Shown here: in pieces, positions 27,322 through 40,165 of the stretch
Layout of the letters: the number at the start of each line of letters is the position of its first letter
Numbering within the stretch: the first letter of the stretch is position 1
Assembly (NCBI GenBank): GCA_051294905.1
Contig: CM119371.1
Coordinates: 24,678,001-24,742,000, forward strand
Source: Botryllus schlosseri
Taxonomy: Eukaryota
DNA length: 64,000 nt
Reading direction: 5' to 3'
Position numbers and translations under genes: made by a program
Notes under the pieces: generated by a model
What the model saw: the letters and a program-made list of their open reading frames with translations, nothing else
The model's database searches: none
What the model was told of the DNA's origin: nothing

Positions 27322-28989
27322 GCCCTGTAGTGACCATGATATTTGCGATTTATGTTTTAGAAAATGAAATTAAACTCTGTGTACCGTCATAACCGAATCG
27401 TAAGATGAAAGGCACTATATGCAAAACTGTGGTATCAAGTGTCAATTATGCCCAATTCAATTGAGCTCTAATTATTGGTTTGATAGTGGCGCAAAGAAAA
27501 AACGAATAACCGATTTACCTGTGAAAGAGATATCCGATATATAATCACAAACAAACAATAATCGGAGCTCATATATTTGATCAAAATGACGATTCCAATA
27601 TTTGCGATTTTCCAAAATATATTCAGTTGTCATGATACAGGGGTTATTTCGCCCATAAATGGAATGTAAATATGTCTCACAGATAGCCTCTCCTTCACAA
27701 ACTAGAAAGCGTAAAATGTAAGTAGACTTGCCTAATTAACTCTTAAATAGAAGTGGAAGTAGACTGGATAGTGGACACGAAACCGTTAAGTATAGTCAGC
27801 GCTACATGGTTAAACCTACACACGTACTCCTAAATAGTAGAAATATTTTGTTGCTTCCCACCGATGTTACTCAGCTACGCTTATTTAAATAATCCGTGAT
27901 TAATACCATTTTAGTAATTCAGAAATGAATCAGCACAGCTGACTCTATGATACGAGGGCAGGTAATGACGAAGAATTGACCTTCAGCTTTCTTTCTATAA
28001 AAAATCATCATCATTTCGTAATAACGGTCGGATGGCTAGAGACATGAAGACAGAAAGTCACATTTGCAACAACTTTCTGCAAAGCAAAATTTCTCCATTT
28101 ACAGCAAGTCTTCTCAAGGGATGAGTCGCGAAGGGTATAATTTTGAAACGAGACGGCACCAGAGCAATCTTTTAAGATATATCTAATATTTGTTGAATTT
28201 CTTGTAATTATTATTTTTTCGCGCCTGGCCCAAATTTCATGTGGATAAAAGTTTGTTACCATACGATATCGCTTGATCATGAAAATGTGCGGCATTGCCG
28301 CAAATTGGTTTGGATTCGTGATAAGGTGGGTCCAACATTCATTTCTCTGCAAAACACCGTCGGAGACCGTTGCGATTCTTTAGTATACCGGTGTGCAACA
28401 AGCGGGTGCGGAAATATTATAGATAGGTATTTAGATGACAACCCCTTCCGCCCCGGACACACGAGGACGCGAAGTTTCGGTCCACATACCGCTGGGATAA
28501 GTGCGGTGCTAAAAAGTTCGTCAGCAAAAAATCCGTCGTTAGCTGGTCAAAACCTTCGATATTGTATGTCCGGTCGTACCTATGTCCGGCACGAAATAGC
28601 CACGTCCTTGCCATCTCAGTAGACAGTAGTACAAATGCGAACCCAGTGGCAAAAAGATTTGAACAGCTTCTCGGAGGTACAGAACTTCAATATACAATTG
28701 AATGCGAAAATTATTCGTCTTAGCCTAGAGTCATGGTCCTGCTCAATGCCTAGTTATCGCCGCGCCATTTCTAAAATGTGCCCAGTTTTTATCACTGTTC
28801 ATATTTAAATGTCAAGATATGACATCGCGCGCAGTGCGCACAAAAATATCGAGTTGAATAAACCTCCTTCAAAAACGACGAAATAAATAATTTTGAGCTC
28901 CCTTAGAGCAACCCACATTGTGGTGTTTAGGATACGGCAGTTACGGTTCTGATACTCATATCGCGAAACACAATGAGAGAGAGAAGGGG

Positions 28990-29166
28990 GGGGGGGGGGT
29001 ATTCGTTTTCGCCTGCACCATTGAGATGATTTTGACGACGGTGATGCGATACGAACGTTAGGTAATCTAGTCAGCATCCCCGTTTTTTTCTCCTCCGGCC
29101 GTGGATCGAACCCACGACATACCAATCAAGTATCCGGATGCATCACCAATACACTACTTCGCTCGG
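28990..29166 (-). mobile_element. tRNA-derived SINE
   Basis: Minus strand reads GTAGTGTATTGG (A box) ... GGGTTCGATCCAC (B box) followed by a non-tRNA body. Confidence 0.6.
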
Positions 29167-29213
29167 TGATATAATCATCGCATCCACGAACTCAGAAAGC
29201 TGCGCGTATGTAC

Positions 29214-29904
29214 TAGGGATGGTGTGAACCTCTGAAAGGTTCAGGTTCGTATGAACGCGAACCTTTTTTAAAGGTTCCGTGTGAACGCGAGCGTGAACGT
29301 CATGACGTCACGCGACGTCATATTGCTAATTCCAGCCCTATATTTCAATGAAGTGATAGCCTATAATATTGTACACGATACCTAGCGACGACTCGGGCCA
29401 CATAACGCACGGATTTGTTGTTTTTGACACAGAAGTAAACATAAGAAGTCAAGATTGACGCCGTACGCCTGCCAGATTTTTTACATCAGAAAACGATATC
29501 AATCTCATTGATTGGTTGAGTAAAAATCATTCGCTGACTAAATGTAGTGTATTTCGCTCCTAATCTCGTGGGATTGCGGATCAAGCTCACATCAATTCAC
29601 TAACGGAGAGCTGGATATTTCGAGCAAACTTTTGTAACAAAGAAAGTAAATATTTTCAGATTATCGAGGTGCATGATCGTTTATTGTTGATTTTTTTTAT
29701 GCTGCCAGCGCCATGCATAGAGTGGCCCGCAGTTGAAATTCAAAAAGTTTCATACAGATATGTTATAATGAAGTGGAAATTGTAATATATGAAAAAGGTT
29801 CACAGTGCAGAACCTACCAAGGTTCGTTTGTGAACGTGAACCTCTAAATTTCCTAGGTTCACACACAGAACGCGAACGTGAACCTCGCGTTCACACCATC
29901 CCTA
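29214..29904. mobile_element. MITE with TAGGGATGGTGTGAAC TIRs (hAT-like)
   Basis: Perfect TIR TAGGGATGGTGTGAAC / GTTCACACCATCCCTA; subterminal GTGAAC repeats; TSD unclear. Confidence 0.85.
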
Positions 29905-30811
29905 TGCACGGAAGTTGCGAAGTCATAGCATTCAATTCAATGATACAATTAATTAAAGCAACTCCTACATTACGTCCAACGATTTCAAGGACGGACATTT
30001 TAGATCGGCTCTAAAGATTGATGAGCTACGCTAAATACGCAATCCATTACGTTTCCTTGCGGCCCATACTTTAAGAACCCCGGGCTTAACCATTGGAAAG
30101 ACGTGTTTCACCTCGGATTATGTCAAACACAAAAAAGTGAACCTTACTATAATTCAGCAGATCAGGAATCCATAAAAATAATATCCTATTGGGTTTACTT
30201 GTAATGACCAGTAATGTCGAAGCAATATTTGATTGATTTATAAAATAGTGGACCACATTGCCATCACAATTGAAAAGTGGAAAATGGTGATGAGCTCATG
30301 AGATCGCAATCAACTATACTCATGATGTCAAAAGGTGACTTAAGTCAAGTCGAGTAACGTTCCATAGAAATTGACTCGAATCCAGTTGAGTCAGGATAAA
30401 ATTTAAAATCGAGTCATTGCAAATTTGGTATACGCCTCGCTTGTTATTCTCCCGATGTTTTCAAATGCCTTACCTCCCATCATTGAGATTTATTGTTTAC
30501 ATAGTATTATGATTTTATCCAGATAATAAAACTTCCAATTCCGCATTTACAGAGATCAATAATAGTCACAATTACCCATTCATTTGTTTACAGCTCACTT
30601 CTGGTTGGTTCATAAAACGGATGTTTTAAATGGATACAGTTAATGGAATGGAGTATTTCGTTATCCATTTATATGAAGTGTTATCAAATCAGAAACCATA
30701 CATCATATTGATTGATATTTATTTGACAATTACATTGCAGAGACAACACTGACTCAAATTATCAACAATGCATAAGTGAATGATACCGAACTAAAATCCA
30801 GGCTATAGGCC
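29905..30811 (+). repeat. About 0.9-kb direct repeat, copy 1 (copy 2 at 32457-33363)
   Basis: Near-identical sequence at a constant offset of 2552, with only a few substitutions seen. Confidence 0.95.
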
Positions 30812-31241
30812 TGCAAAGCAAGATATATATAACTTGGTTAGGAATTCTAATTGTAAACCCACATTGAATCAAGTTAGAGGATTAACTGACATTCTGAAAC
30901 TCAGCTTCGATGCTTCTGCAAGTTTATCTAAAAGGCAGTCTACTAACATTTCTCACACTGCTGCTTGCTGTAAGAACCCTCTTGACAGCATACCGGTAAT
31001 CATAACATATCGCATGTTGATATTCTTGAACGAATTACCTTCAATTAAAGCAATGTGCTCCCACGTAATGCCGTACGCAATCAACATCTTCTCCATTCCT
31101 TCCGCTATGATGAGATTAGCGACACGTTCATCCACATCCACAAAGTCACTGTACTGCGACTTATCGCTCCATTTACTGATGCTGAGTATTGACCTTTGAC
31201 CCTGACTGAGTTCCCGCCGTTACCGAGAGAGGTGAAGCGTG

Positions 31242-31244
<3 letters not shown>

Positions 31245-31278
<34 letters not shown>
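31245..31278. repeat. (GA)n microsatellite
   Basis: Uninterrupted GA run. Confidence 0.95.
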
Positions 31279-31282
<4 letters not shown>

Positions 31283-32456
31283 TAGCAATAGAGAAACATA
31301 GAGAATAGAGATGTTTATTCAGCCAACAGTCAAAAGCAGAATGCACTGATAATAGCCAGGTAACACTAAAGATTACTAAACAACGTACTTCAAAATTACA
31401 TGGTGATGACAATGATTGATTGATTGATTGATTTCTTGATTGCTATACTGCTGATATGTTAATAATCAATAATGGGGAAACGCAATATAATGAAAGTCAT
31501 AGTCAAGTCAGACAATCATGTGGTTGTAACAATGATATATACAATTGGGTTGAAATGATCAATTTCTTCTGCCAGTTTGGTAGGTAAATAAAATGATAAG
31601 AGAAACGTTCACAAAACCTAGTAAATGCAAGAAAGCGACACACTAAAATAATGGAGCGACAGTGACGAAACAGCAGTCCACTTCATGGCTCCTGAGAAAT
31701 GTGCCCTCTTAGGTACGCACGCACGTGTGCACTGTGCAATTGCTTTGAGCTGACATATAAAATATAAGTTGCGCACAAAAAATCCGAAGAGATGACCTTT
31801 TTTAGTGGTTACGCACTGTTGTCCAAGGGACCGCGCAGTGAGTAGGTGAGCGCTTGCTGCAGACTCGTCAAAATTAGAGGGAACCTTGCTTCTGAGCTAT
31901 ATGTAAACGGGGCTAAAAGCACGCATTACTCACACTAGAGTCCTTAATACCGTTCAACATCTATCATAGATATGCTGCATCATTTGAGCGGCTATATCTT
32001 ACAGCTTACTTCCTCCCCTGCAAATAACCCAGCGGGAGCAAACGGACCCCAGGGTCATTGGGTTTACCGATGACGTCATGATCGGCACACGAGTGTACCG
32101 TACCTTACCTTGGATGATCTGGTCATTTACCAGCGACATTACGATAAGTTCCAGCAGCGTTTCCAGCGTCGACCTCACAATCCCTCTCAATCTTACTGAT
32201 CTCACAACTAGTACGGTGACTTACCGTACTATTAAAATGTATACGTAAACTCTTTCATAGTGATCAAAGCCGGAGACAGATGTTAAGATGTGAGCAGAAG
32301 CACATATTTCGTAGCTTTATCTGATGAAGTGTGGACTTGCACATATTATGACACCACTGCGGCGAAAGATTTGGGTCGACTTTATGTGTTTGTCCCATAT
32401 TGCATCTTTGAATGCACAATTTTGTGTCCAAATCGATGCTTTCGATTTAGAGTGTA

Positions 32457-33363
32457 TGCACGGAAGTTGCGAAGTCAGAGCATTCAATTCAATGATACAA
32501 TTAATTAAAGCAACTCCTACATTACGTCCAACGATTTCAAGGACGGACATTTTAGATCGGCTCCAAAGATTGATGAGCTACGCTAAATACGCAATCCATT
32601 ACGTTTCCTTGCGGCCCATACTTTAAGAACCCCGGGCTTAACCATTGGAAAGACGTGTTTCACCTCGGATTATGTCAAACACAAAAAAGTGAACCTTACT
32701 ATAATTCAGCAGATCAGGAATCCATCAAAATAATATCCTATTGGGTTTACTTGTAATGACCAGTAATGTCGAAGCAATATTTGATTGATTTATAAAATAG
32801 TGGACCACATTGCCATCACAATTGAAAAGTGGAAAATGGTGATGAGCTCATGAGATCGCAATCAACTATACTCATGATGTCAAAAGGTGACTTAAGTCAA
32901 GTCGAGTAACGTTCCATAGAAATTGACTCGAATCCAGTTGAGTCAGGATAAAATTTAAAATCGAGTCATTGCAAATTTGGTATACGCCTCGCTTGTTATT
33001 CTCCCGATGTTTTCAAATGCCTTACCTCCCATCATTGAGATTTATTGTTTACATAGTATTATGATTTTATCCAGATAATAAAACTTCCAATTCCGCATTT
33101 ACAGAGATCAATAATAGTCACAATTACCCATTCATTTGTTTACAGCTCACTTCTGGTTGGTTCATAAAACGGATGTTTTAAATGGATACAGTTAATGGAA
33201 TGGAGTATTTCGTTATCCATTTATATGAAGTGTTATCAAATCAGAAACCATACATCATATTGATTGATATTTATTTGACAATTACATTGCAGAGACAATA
33301 CTGACTCAAATTATCAACAATGCATAAGTGAATGATACCGAACTAAAATCCAGGCTATAGGCC
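32457..33363 (+). repeat. About 0.9-kb direct repeat, copy 2
   Basis: Matches 29905-30811. Confidence 0.95.
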
Positions 33364-33536
33364 ATATTTCACTTGTCGCAACCCCATCTATATCATTCGG
33401 GGAAATTGGTATTTCTTTTATATACATGGTGAATGTGTATGTGTGCCTATATTACGGTAAAAAGTACGCCATGCCACCGTACAATGAATGGCGTAACTGT
33501 GAGTAACTTGGAAATAAACTGCCATACTTTACACAG

Positions 33537-33611
33537 AAAACAACCACCCATCGCGGTCCCCAGAAAGTGCAGCAGAAGTGTTCAAGAAAGATCCTCGTAA
33601 ACTAAAATATG
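33537..33611 (+). CDS. Candidate NLR 5' micro-exon (75 nt, phase 1-1)
   Basis: CTTTACACAG acceptor, G|GTGAGG donor, frame NNHPSRSPESAAEVFKKDPRKLKY. Confidence 0.5.
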
Positions 33612-34278
33612 GTGAGGAGCAGTCATATTTATTTTAATAAATTGAAGAGACTCTTGACAACACTTCAATGAATACATAGGTCTACATTAGGGCTATTCAA
33701 AAATGAGTTTTTCGTTTCAAATTTTAATGGCTGCTTGATAAAATATGATAAAGTTTTGGATACATCTTTTTGACATTTTTGTCGTAATGTTTTCATCATG
33801 TCGTGTCACAAGGCACTTAAATTTTTAAAAAATTGAAATAATATTTACTCTTGATCAAGCAATTATATTGCAATATACAATCGTCTAACGGTTTCAATTT
33901 TTATAGGCGGGTATGATATCAACGCATTTACCGGACATAACATTGCAAGAGAGTAGTCGTTGTTGTCATAAGCTAGTGCTGGTATAAATAACGAGAATGA
34001 CCAATGGTTTGCTGGTCGTCCTGGGAAGTCACTCTCATCTATAAATTGATGCTCTTTCTACATTCTTCCTTCATAGTAGAGTAGAAACTATAATTTTCAT
34101 TTTCTATTGATATTCGATACTGGAAGATCTGCTGGATGGGTATAGATTTACGCTGTTTAATACGCAATAGATTCAATCAGTTCAGACTTGGAAAATTCTC
34201 AAGTTCTCGTATTTCTCGGCACAGAACGAAATACCAATTGAAATCCACTGACACACACTGTTTTTTTTTTCAACATAG

Positions 34279-34377
34279 GACATGCAATATTGGCTGAAGG
34301 TGACAACGTCATTCAAGATTTCCGAAATGCTACCGTGAACGTTGTTGCAGGAGACCAGTACACGACGGTGATTAATG
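34279..34377 (+). CDS. NLR 5' exon (99 nt, phase 1-1): GHAILAEGDNVIQDFRNATVNVVAGDQYTTVIN
   Basis: Poly-T tract plus CATAG acceptor, G|GTAAGC donor, open frame in phase with the following exons. Confidence 0.7.
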
Positions 34378-35194
34378 GTAAGCAGATGTGGTCAGTAACA
34401 CGGAACTTATAGTTTTTACTAGAACTCGAGTAGGTTTTGCCTCATTGCACTGTACTTGCTAAGGTTATTATTATTAAAAGCAGAGTGGCCAATCATACGG
34501 CCAGACGATTTCGTCCCGGCCTCCAGACGATTTCATCCACCCCGTGAAGCCATTCTGAGTAAATGGAAAATTGTTGGTATTATGCAGCACATTACCAACA
34601 AAAGTTGATTCTTTTAATAAGAATAAAGTTTCTGCTAAATATAATCCCGCATGACCAGGGTCGGGCAACATACGGCCCGCGGTTATTTCGAATTCTATCA
34701 TCCAAGATACTGTTTTAGCAGTTTATAACTGAGTCAAATCGGCCAATAATGGTAATTTTGGCAATTTCGTTTGCGAATAAGCGTGTTACTAGAATAGAGC
34801 CCCTATGATCCCTAATATAATGCATCTGACTAATAACAAATCCTGAGAACGAGCATTTCAATCCAAGTTGAAATCGACACAGTGTGCGTTCAGGTTTTGC
34901 GGGGTAATTTTTGCTTACGCTTCGCAAGGAGTTTGAAACTAATGCTCGACACATAACAGCCTAATGATGACGGGTCAATCACCCTACTCATCGGCAATGC
35001 CATGATTGCTGGTTCGATTGTAAGGGTCTCATCTGCTTATTTTATCAGCTACGAAGTAGTGTCGCATATGCTTGACTGCCTGTCTTGATTTAAATATCTA
35101 TGCAGTTATTTTCAAAATTACAAAAAATATTCCCAACCACCTGACAATTTGTGGAGGCACGCTAATGTGCCGCGTCACACAGTCTGAGAATCAC

Positions 35195-35744
35195 AAGGGT
35201 TGTAATGACTCGAGTCCAACTCGAGTCACTATTTTCTGACGACTCGACTTGACTCGAGTCATTTTGGCAAAATTCTGAAATGACTCGACTCGACTTGACT
35301 CGAGTCATTGCTCATGACTCGAACCAAGTCATATGACTCGAGACTCAGACGGCCAAGACCGACATTTCATTGTTATTTCGAAGAATAGTAAAGTACCCAC
35401 CCTATTGGGATTTGGTCTATTGGTACTGGTACTTGAAGTACCGACCAGAAACTGCTAAAATGAGGAAAATTAGTATATTATGAATGCGAACCATTCGATA
35501 TCACCAAACAGCGTATTAATAAGTGGGTTAACAAGACTTCAACTGGAAACTGAGCGGTCGACACAATGACTTGGACTCGGACTCGTGTCATAACACCGTG
35601 ACTCGGACTCGACCCGCTGATCGTTGAATTGGACTCGGACTTGACTCGCTGCTGAATTGAAAATGACTCGACTTGACTCGAGTCAAAACTATAAAAGTGA
35701 GATTGACTTGTTTCTCGGAGCCTTGTGACTTGGTTACAACCCTG
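35195..35744. mobile_element. GACTCGAGTC-rich hAT MITE
   Basis: TIR AAGGGTTGTAA / TTACAACCCTG; perfect TSD AGAATCAC. Confidence 0.9.
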
Positions 35745-35823
35745 AGAATCACTGAACTAGACTATAAAATGCAACACACGATATGACCTGTATTACACAT
35801 AAACACAGCCATATTTATTGCAG

Positions 35824-35892
35824 AGACCAATGTGGTTAATCGGTTTGGCAATTCGGAAAGTAAATTGGATGCGCAGACGCACTTAGGAGCAG
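35824..35892 (+). CDS. NLR exon preceding NACHT (69 nt, phase 1-1): ETNVVNRFGNSESKLDAQTHLGA
   Basis: TTATTGCAG acceptor, CAG|GTAAGT donor, phase matches the NACHT exon acceptor. Confidence 0.7.
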
Positions 35893-36803
35893 GTAAGTTA
35901 ATATCAAACACTTGAATGGTTGATTAGGCCTATATGATAGTTTAAGGGACAAATATACTACTTATAGAAAGTAAGTGTTTACCAGTATATGGGAATTACA
36001 AGCAAAATGATACAGCATGTCGTTCAAAGAGGTGGTTAGTGATGAAGTACTCCTAATTCAAGCTTATTCTACCTAATTCAACTACTTATTAGAACGGTAA
36101 TATCTTAAAGTACTTCTACTTGACAGAGTTTAGTTTTCTATGCAAAATTAAGCCGAAAATGCTCAATTCTTTACATATTTGTGAATCTCAACTTCTACTT
36201 CCTCTTGAGTAGCAACTGCACGCTACTAACAACAATGACTATTTTGACCACTCTGGTTCAGTTCATAAATTGTATCCTTCACTGACTTCCCACTTACCTC
36301 TATTGGCTGCGGCTTAATGAAGGAACAGGGTAGATCCAAGTAGCTTTGAGCCCCAATTTACCTTTGTCACACCGACTTTACCTACGATCTCAAACAGTAG
36401 TCCTTGTCATCGAGTAAAAAGTTCACAACTAACGTGACGCGATGTACCCAAAGCCAATTATGGCCTACTCGACTCAGAGTCTAATCAGTTAACTCTTTGA
36501 ATTTCCTTACTCACGAAATTCTAGTATCTTGGTATTTCGATTATAGAATAAAAGTATGTCAATACCGTATCGACCAAATAAATATCAAGGTGCATGCTTT
36601 TTTCTTCTTCTGAGGCGATGTCGGAAGCCATCATATTGATGCATGCGTTGCGAAGGTGTGATGCTATACCTGAACGACGACAAGCCATACCATATACCTT
36701 TTTCTGTCAATGCCTACTAAAAGATCATAGTTGTGTTGTGAATATGGCACATAAGTAAACATGTCGAACCTGCACGATCATCTCATTTCTGACTATTTTT
36801 TAG

Positions 36804-37942
36804 AAATGTCATTTCTTGCAAAGACTAGGCTACATCTGCGAAACGAAGTTGGGGAAATCAAAATGCCTGCTCGTCCCACAACAATGGTGATAGATATGCA
36901 AAACGCTACAGACGCCAATCCAAGAAATGGAAGTCATGGTGCTAGCAAAACTATATTTGGTCGCGACGTTGAAGAAATCTCTCATGTCCAATTTCACGAT
37001 CCCTTGAAGGACGAAGTTCCCAGACATGTTATGATTCTCGGAGAAGCGGGGGCGGGAAAATCGACCATTTCAGCAATGTATTGTTTGGCTGTAGCCGATG
37101 GAAATGTTGAGACGCTGCGTAGTGTACAACTTGTTCATTACGTCCAGGCAGCCCACCTTCATAACCATAGTACCGCAAATGCCTTTGATCTCTTATTCAC
37201 CGAACAAATGACTTGTGATCCTATGACTGAGCTGACTGAAAGCGAGAGACGTGCTGGGGCAAAGTGGTTAAATGAGAATTCTGACAACCTGTTATTGACA
37301 ATTGACGGCCTTGATCAGTGCTTAGATAACTTTGCTGTGAATAGTCTACCGAAAACCGGTCAACAAAATAGTTCAAGAATCAGCAAAACAATTGCTAGAA
37401 TCATGGGCGGTAACATATGGCGTGGTGCATACATATTGACTACGTCGCGGTGGAATATTTACTGGAACTTTACTGCCGAACAGAAACCTAACAAAGTAAT
37501 CGGCATGAGAGGACTTGACGACGATAATTTAAGATTGGCGGCATCAGGACACTCTGTTGATGGTGATCTGATGATAGATCAACTCGTAGATACTTCGCCG
37601 AAATTATTGAATTTGTGTCGAAATCCCATGTTTCTCAAGTACATGACGAATGTATTCCGAACCAATTCAGAAAACTTGCCTGATTGCATTTCTGGTCTCA
37701 TGTCAGCATTTTTTCGTAATTTCTTTCGCTTGTCCTCTGAAAAGTATGGTGATATTACGAGACTTGCGTACCATGGGATGTTAAGAAATTTATTCGTTTT
37801 CTCCCGCTGTTACTTGGAAAATTTGGGAATCAATCCAAAAGAATTGAATGACTTCTTGTCTGCTGGAGCAAATCCGGAAAAAGATCAAGATATCTCCAAT
37901 TCATTTGACGATATTTTTGCGTTCTCCCATCAAACGATGCAG
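36804..37942 (+). CDS. NACHT NTPase exon of an NLR protein
   Basis: Walker A GEAGAGKST, Walker B LLLTIDGLD, sensor-1 ILTTSR, LCRNPMFL, and WHD FAFSHQTMQ. Acceptor TTTTTTAG at 36803, donor CAG|GTCAGC at 37943. Confidence 0.93.
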
Positions 37943-39769
37943 GTCAGCGACGTTTATGTAACTAAAATTTCCCAATTCGATAATTGCAAAGCTACCCGTT
38001 CCAAACATTGTGCACGTGGTATAAAATAACCAAGGGTAGGCATTTCTGGAACATCGTTGTGTCGCCATCATGGAGATTGACCCAACAAGTAGTACGGCTG
38101 ACCACGAAATTGTTCTTTGTGTTTGGTTTGGTTTAATTAAATTAATATTAATCACCCCTCTGTAAATGCTACCTCTAAACTGCCCACGTGCGCAAGTGCG
38201 CAGGGCTGACACGGTCTCTGCGCACAGAAAATCTAAGTTGCGCACGAAAAATACCCTTTTTTAGTCGCTACGCACTGTTGTCCAAGGGTCATGCGCAGCG
38301 AGTTGGTGAGTGTGCGCAGTCTCGACAAAAGTTAGAGGGAATATATTGCCCTCTGTAGACATGTTGACGTGTCTTCTGAAAGCAGTCGAAACCAACATCA
38401 CTGTACATGTTCACAACAATTCAGTTTCAGTGAGAAATTAGCATGGTCAAGTACAAGCAAGCATTGAATACCTGACATATTACTCTCTACTTTTAACAGC
38501 AAGCGATGCCAAACTTGGGTCCATTCAGTAAAGCATATTTGATATCTGTTCGAAAATGATCTTTTCAAAAAATTACTTCTGGCTATTGCACTATCGGTTG
38601 CAGACTTTACTTATCAGTTTTTTTGAACAAGTTATAATTTCTAAATTTGTAAATGATGAATTTTCGTAGACGTGTATATTTATTGAACTGTAGCCAAAGA
38701 ATGCTTGCTGACGACGTGTATTTTATAAAATGATTACTAACTATATGATTTAGAAAGATATAGGCATGCCATCTTCTTTACGTTTTTATAACCAAGCGAT
38801 TGATCACGACACAGCCGAAACAGTACTAATTGTTTAGCACCCTTTGTGCCCCCTTTGGATGAAAAAAAAATTGGGGCGCTTTAACCCTCATACCGCCTTT
38901 TTATGACGGACATTTCACAAATACTTGGAAATCACGTTTTAATGTGATGGGGATTGGTGCTCTTTATTTCGATAGTCGCGATTTTCAATTCCAGGATTGA
39001 ATTTTGTCTATATTAATGGTATTTGTACAAATCCTCCTCTCTAAGCCCACACCATCAGATTTATCGTTAGAGCTGGTGGAAGCTTCTTTGTTTTGTTTGT
39101 TTTCACATATAAACAGTAGCGCTTAGCGCCTATACGGTCATTTGCGCCATGACATTAATTTCAGTCCATCACCCATTGTAATGTTTCGGACGACTTACAA
39201 TTCTCGCTCTCACTCATCATCGGTCACTTTCGTTTTTCATGCGTCCAGAGCCTGAACTTTGCTGCCGACTTTTTGCTCGGCTTACCTTAACTCCGGGCTT
39301 TCGGAACACTGCTACGGCAGTGAAGTCAGCGATGTGGCGTCCAGACAAACCTTCTACACATATAAACTTAGTAGAGCCGAGACTCGTACTAACGCACACT
39401 GCGCCACTCGCTTCCCTAGCTGCGGGAGGTGCTGGCTTCGAAAATATATGGGATATCGAATTATCGTCTGTGGTGCCTGTTATTTATTACTTTGTTTTAT
39501 GTTGTTTTTTCGCGACCTCCTGTCTTCTATATAGTCAAAATATGTTGGAATCGTCCAAACGTACCAAGGTAAACCTGCATACGCTATTATAAATTGGCAT
39601 TTCTGCACGGGACGCATCATTTTCCTCTACGGGTTCCAGGGTCACATTTGTACTATGGGCTCAGATTGCAATCACGGGATTATTCCGCGGTGGTTTTATT
39701 TGGTAATAATGTGTCATGGCAAGGTCATGGAAGGTGCTGAAATGCCTATTTCGATGAAGAATGCGTATT

Positions 39770-40165
39770 ATTTTCCTAATAAATCGCGAAGGGATACTAT
39801 AGCTCTTTCGAGGTCGTGATTTTCCCGTGGTACAGGCAGGGGTCGGGAACCAATGGCTTCCAAGTCACATATGCCTCTTTTGAGTATAAGATATGGCTCT
39901 TTGCCAAATTTTAATTTTTGTACTGAATTTGTGAATATTGGAGCCACTTGTTGGTAAATTTTCATCAGGACCAGATTAATTATTCTCCTGGTAGTATAAC
40001 ATATCTTTGAGAGGTAAAGACAATGCCGTATTCAGCGTTAGCGACTCGTACCATCCTTTTGAAAATCATGAAATTGCTGCCGCGCCAGCAAACAATATTC
40101 GATGAACCCGACTCGAAATCTAGGATTGCACGATACGTTGATTCTTCAAAGAGAATAGTAGACAT
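39770..40165 (-). mobile_element. Highly degenerate LINE 3' fragment (CR1/L2-group-like C-terminus)
   Basis: KLKFGKEPYL...GSRPLPV...ERAIVSL resembles the FxxEPYL..SHxL..ERxC C-terminal motif; several stops. Confidence 0.4.

Noticed and set aside
27923..27961. Additional NLR micro-exon
   Set aside because: Splice-like signals are present, but all three frames from the 27922 acceptor hit a stop, and the alternative acceptor breaks phase.
28200..28700. Tc1/mariner transposase remnant
   Set aside because: Only a faint DDN..HT-like resemblance and no TIRs identified; too weak to call.
29905..33363. LTR retrotransposon
   Set aside because: No TG..CA pair of termini, TSD, PBS/PPT or gag/pol sequence was recognised.
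36761..38029. Single-exon 422-aa protein as listed in the ORF track
   Set aside because: Both ends read into introns; splice sites at 36803 and 37943 restore the conserved HQTMQ|EF motif.
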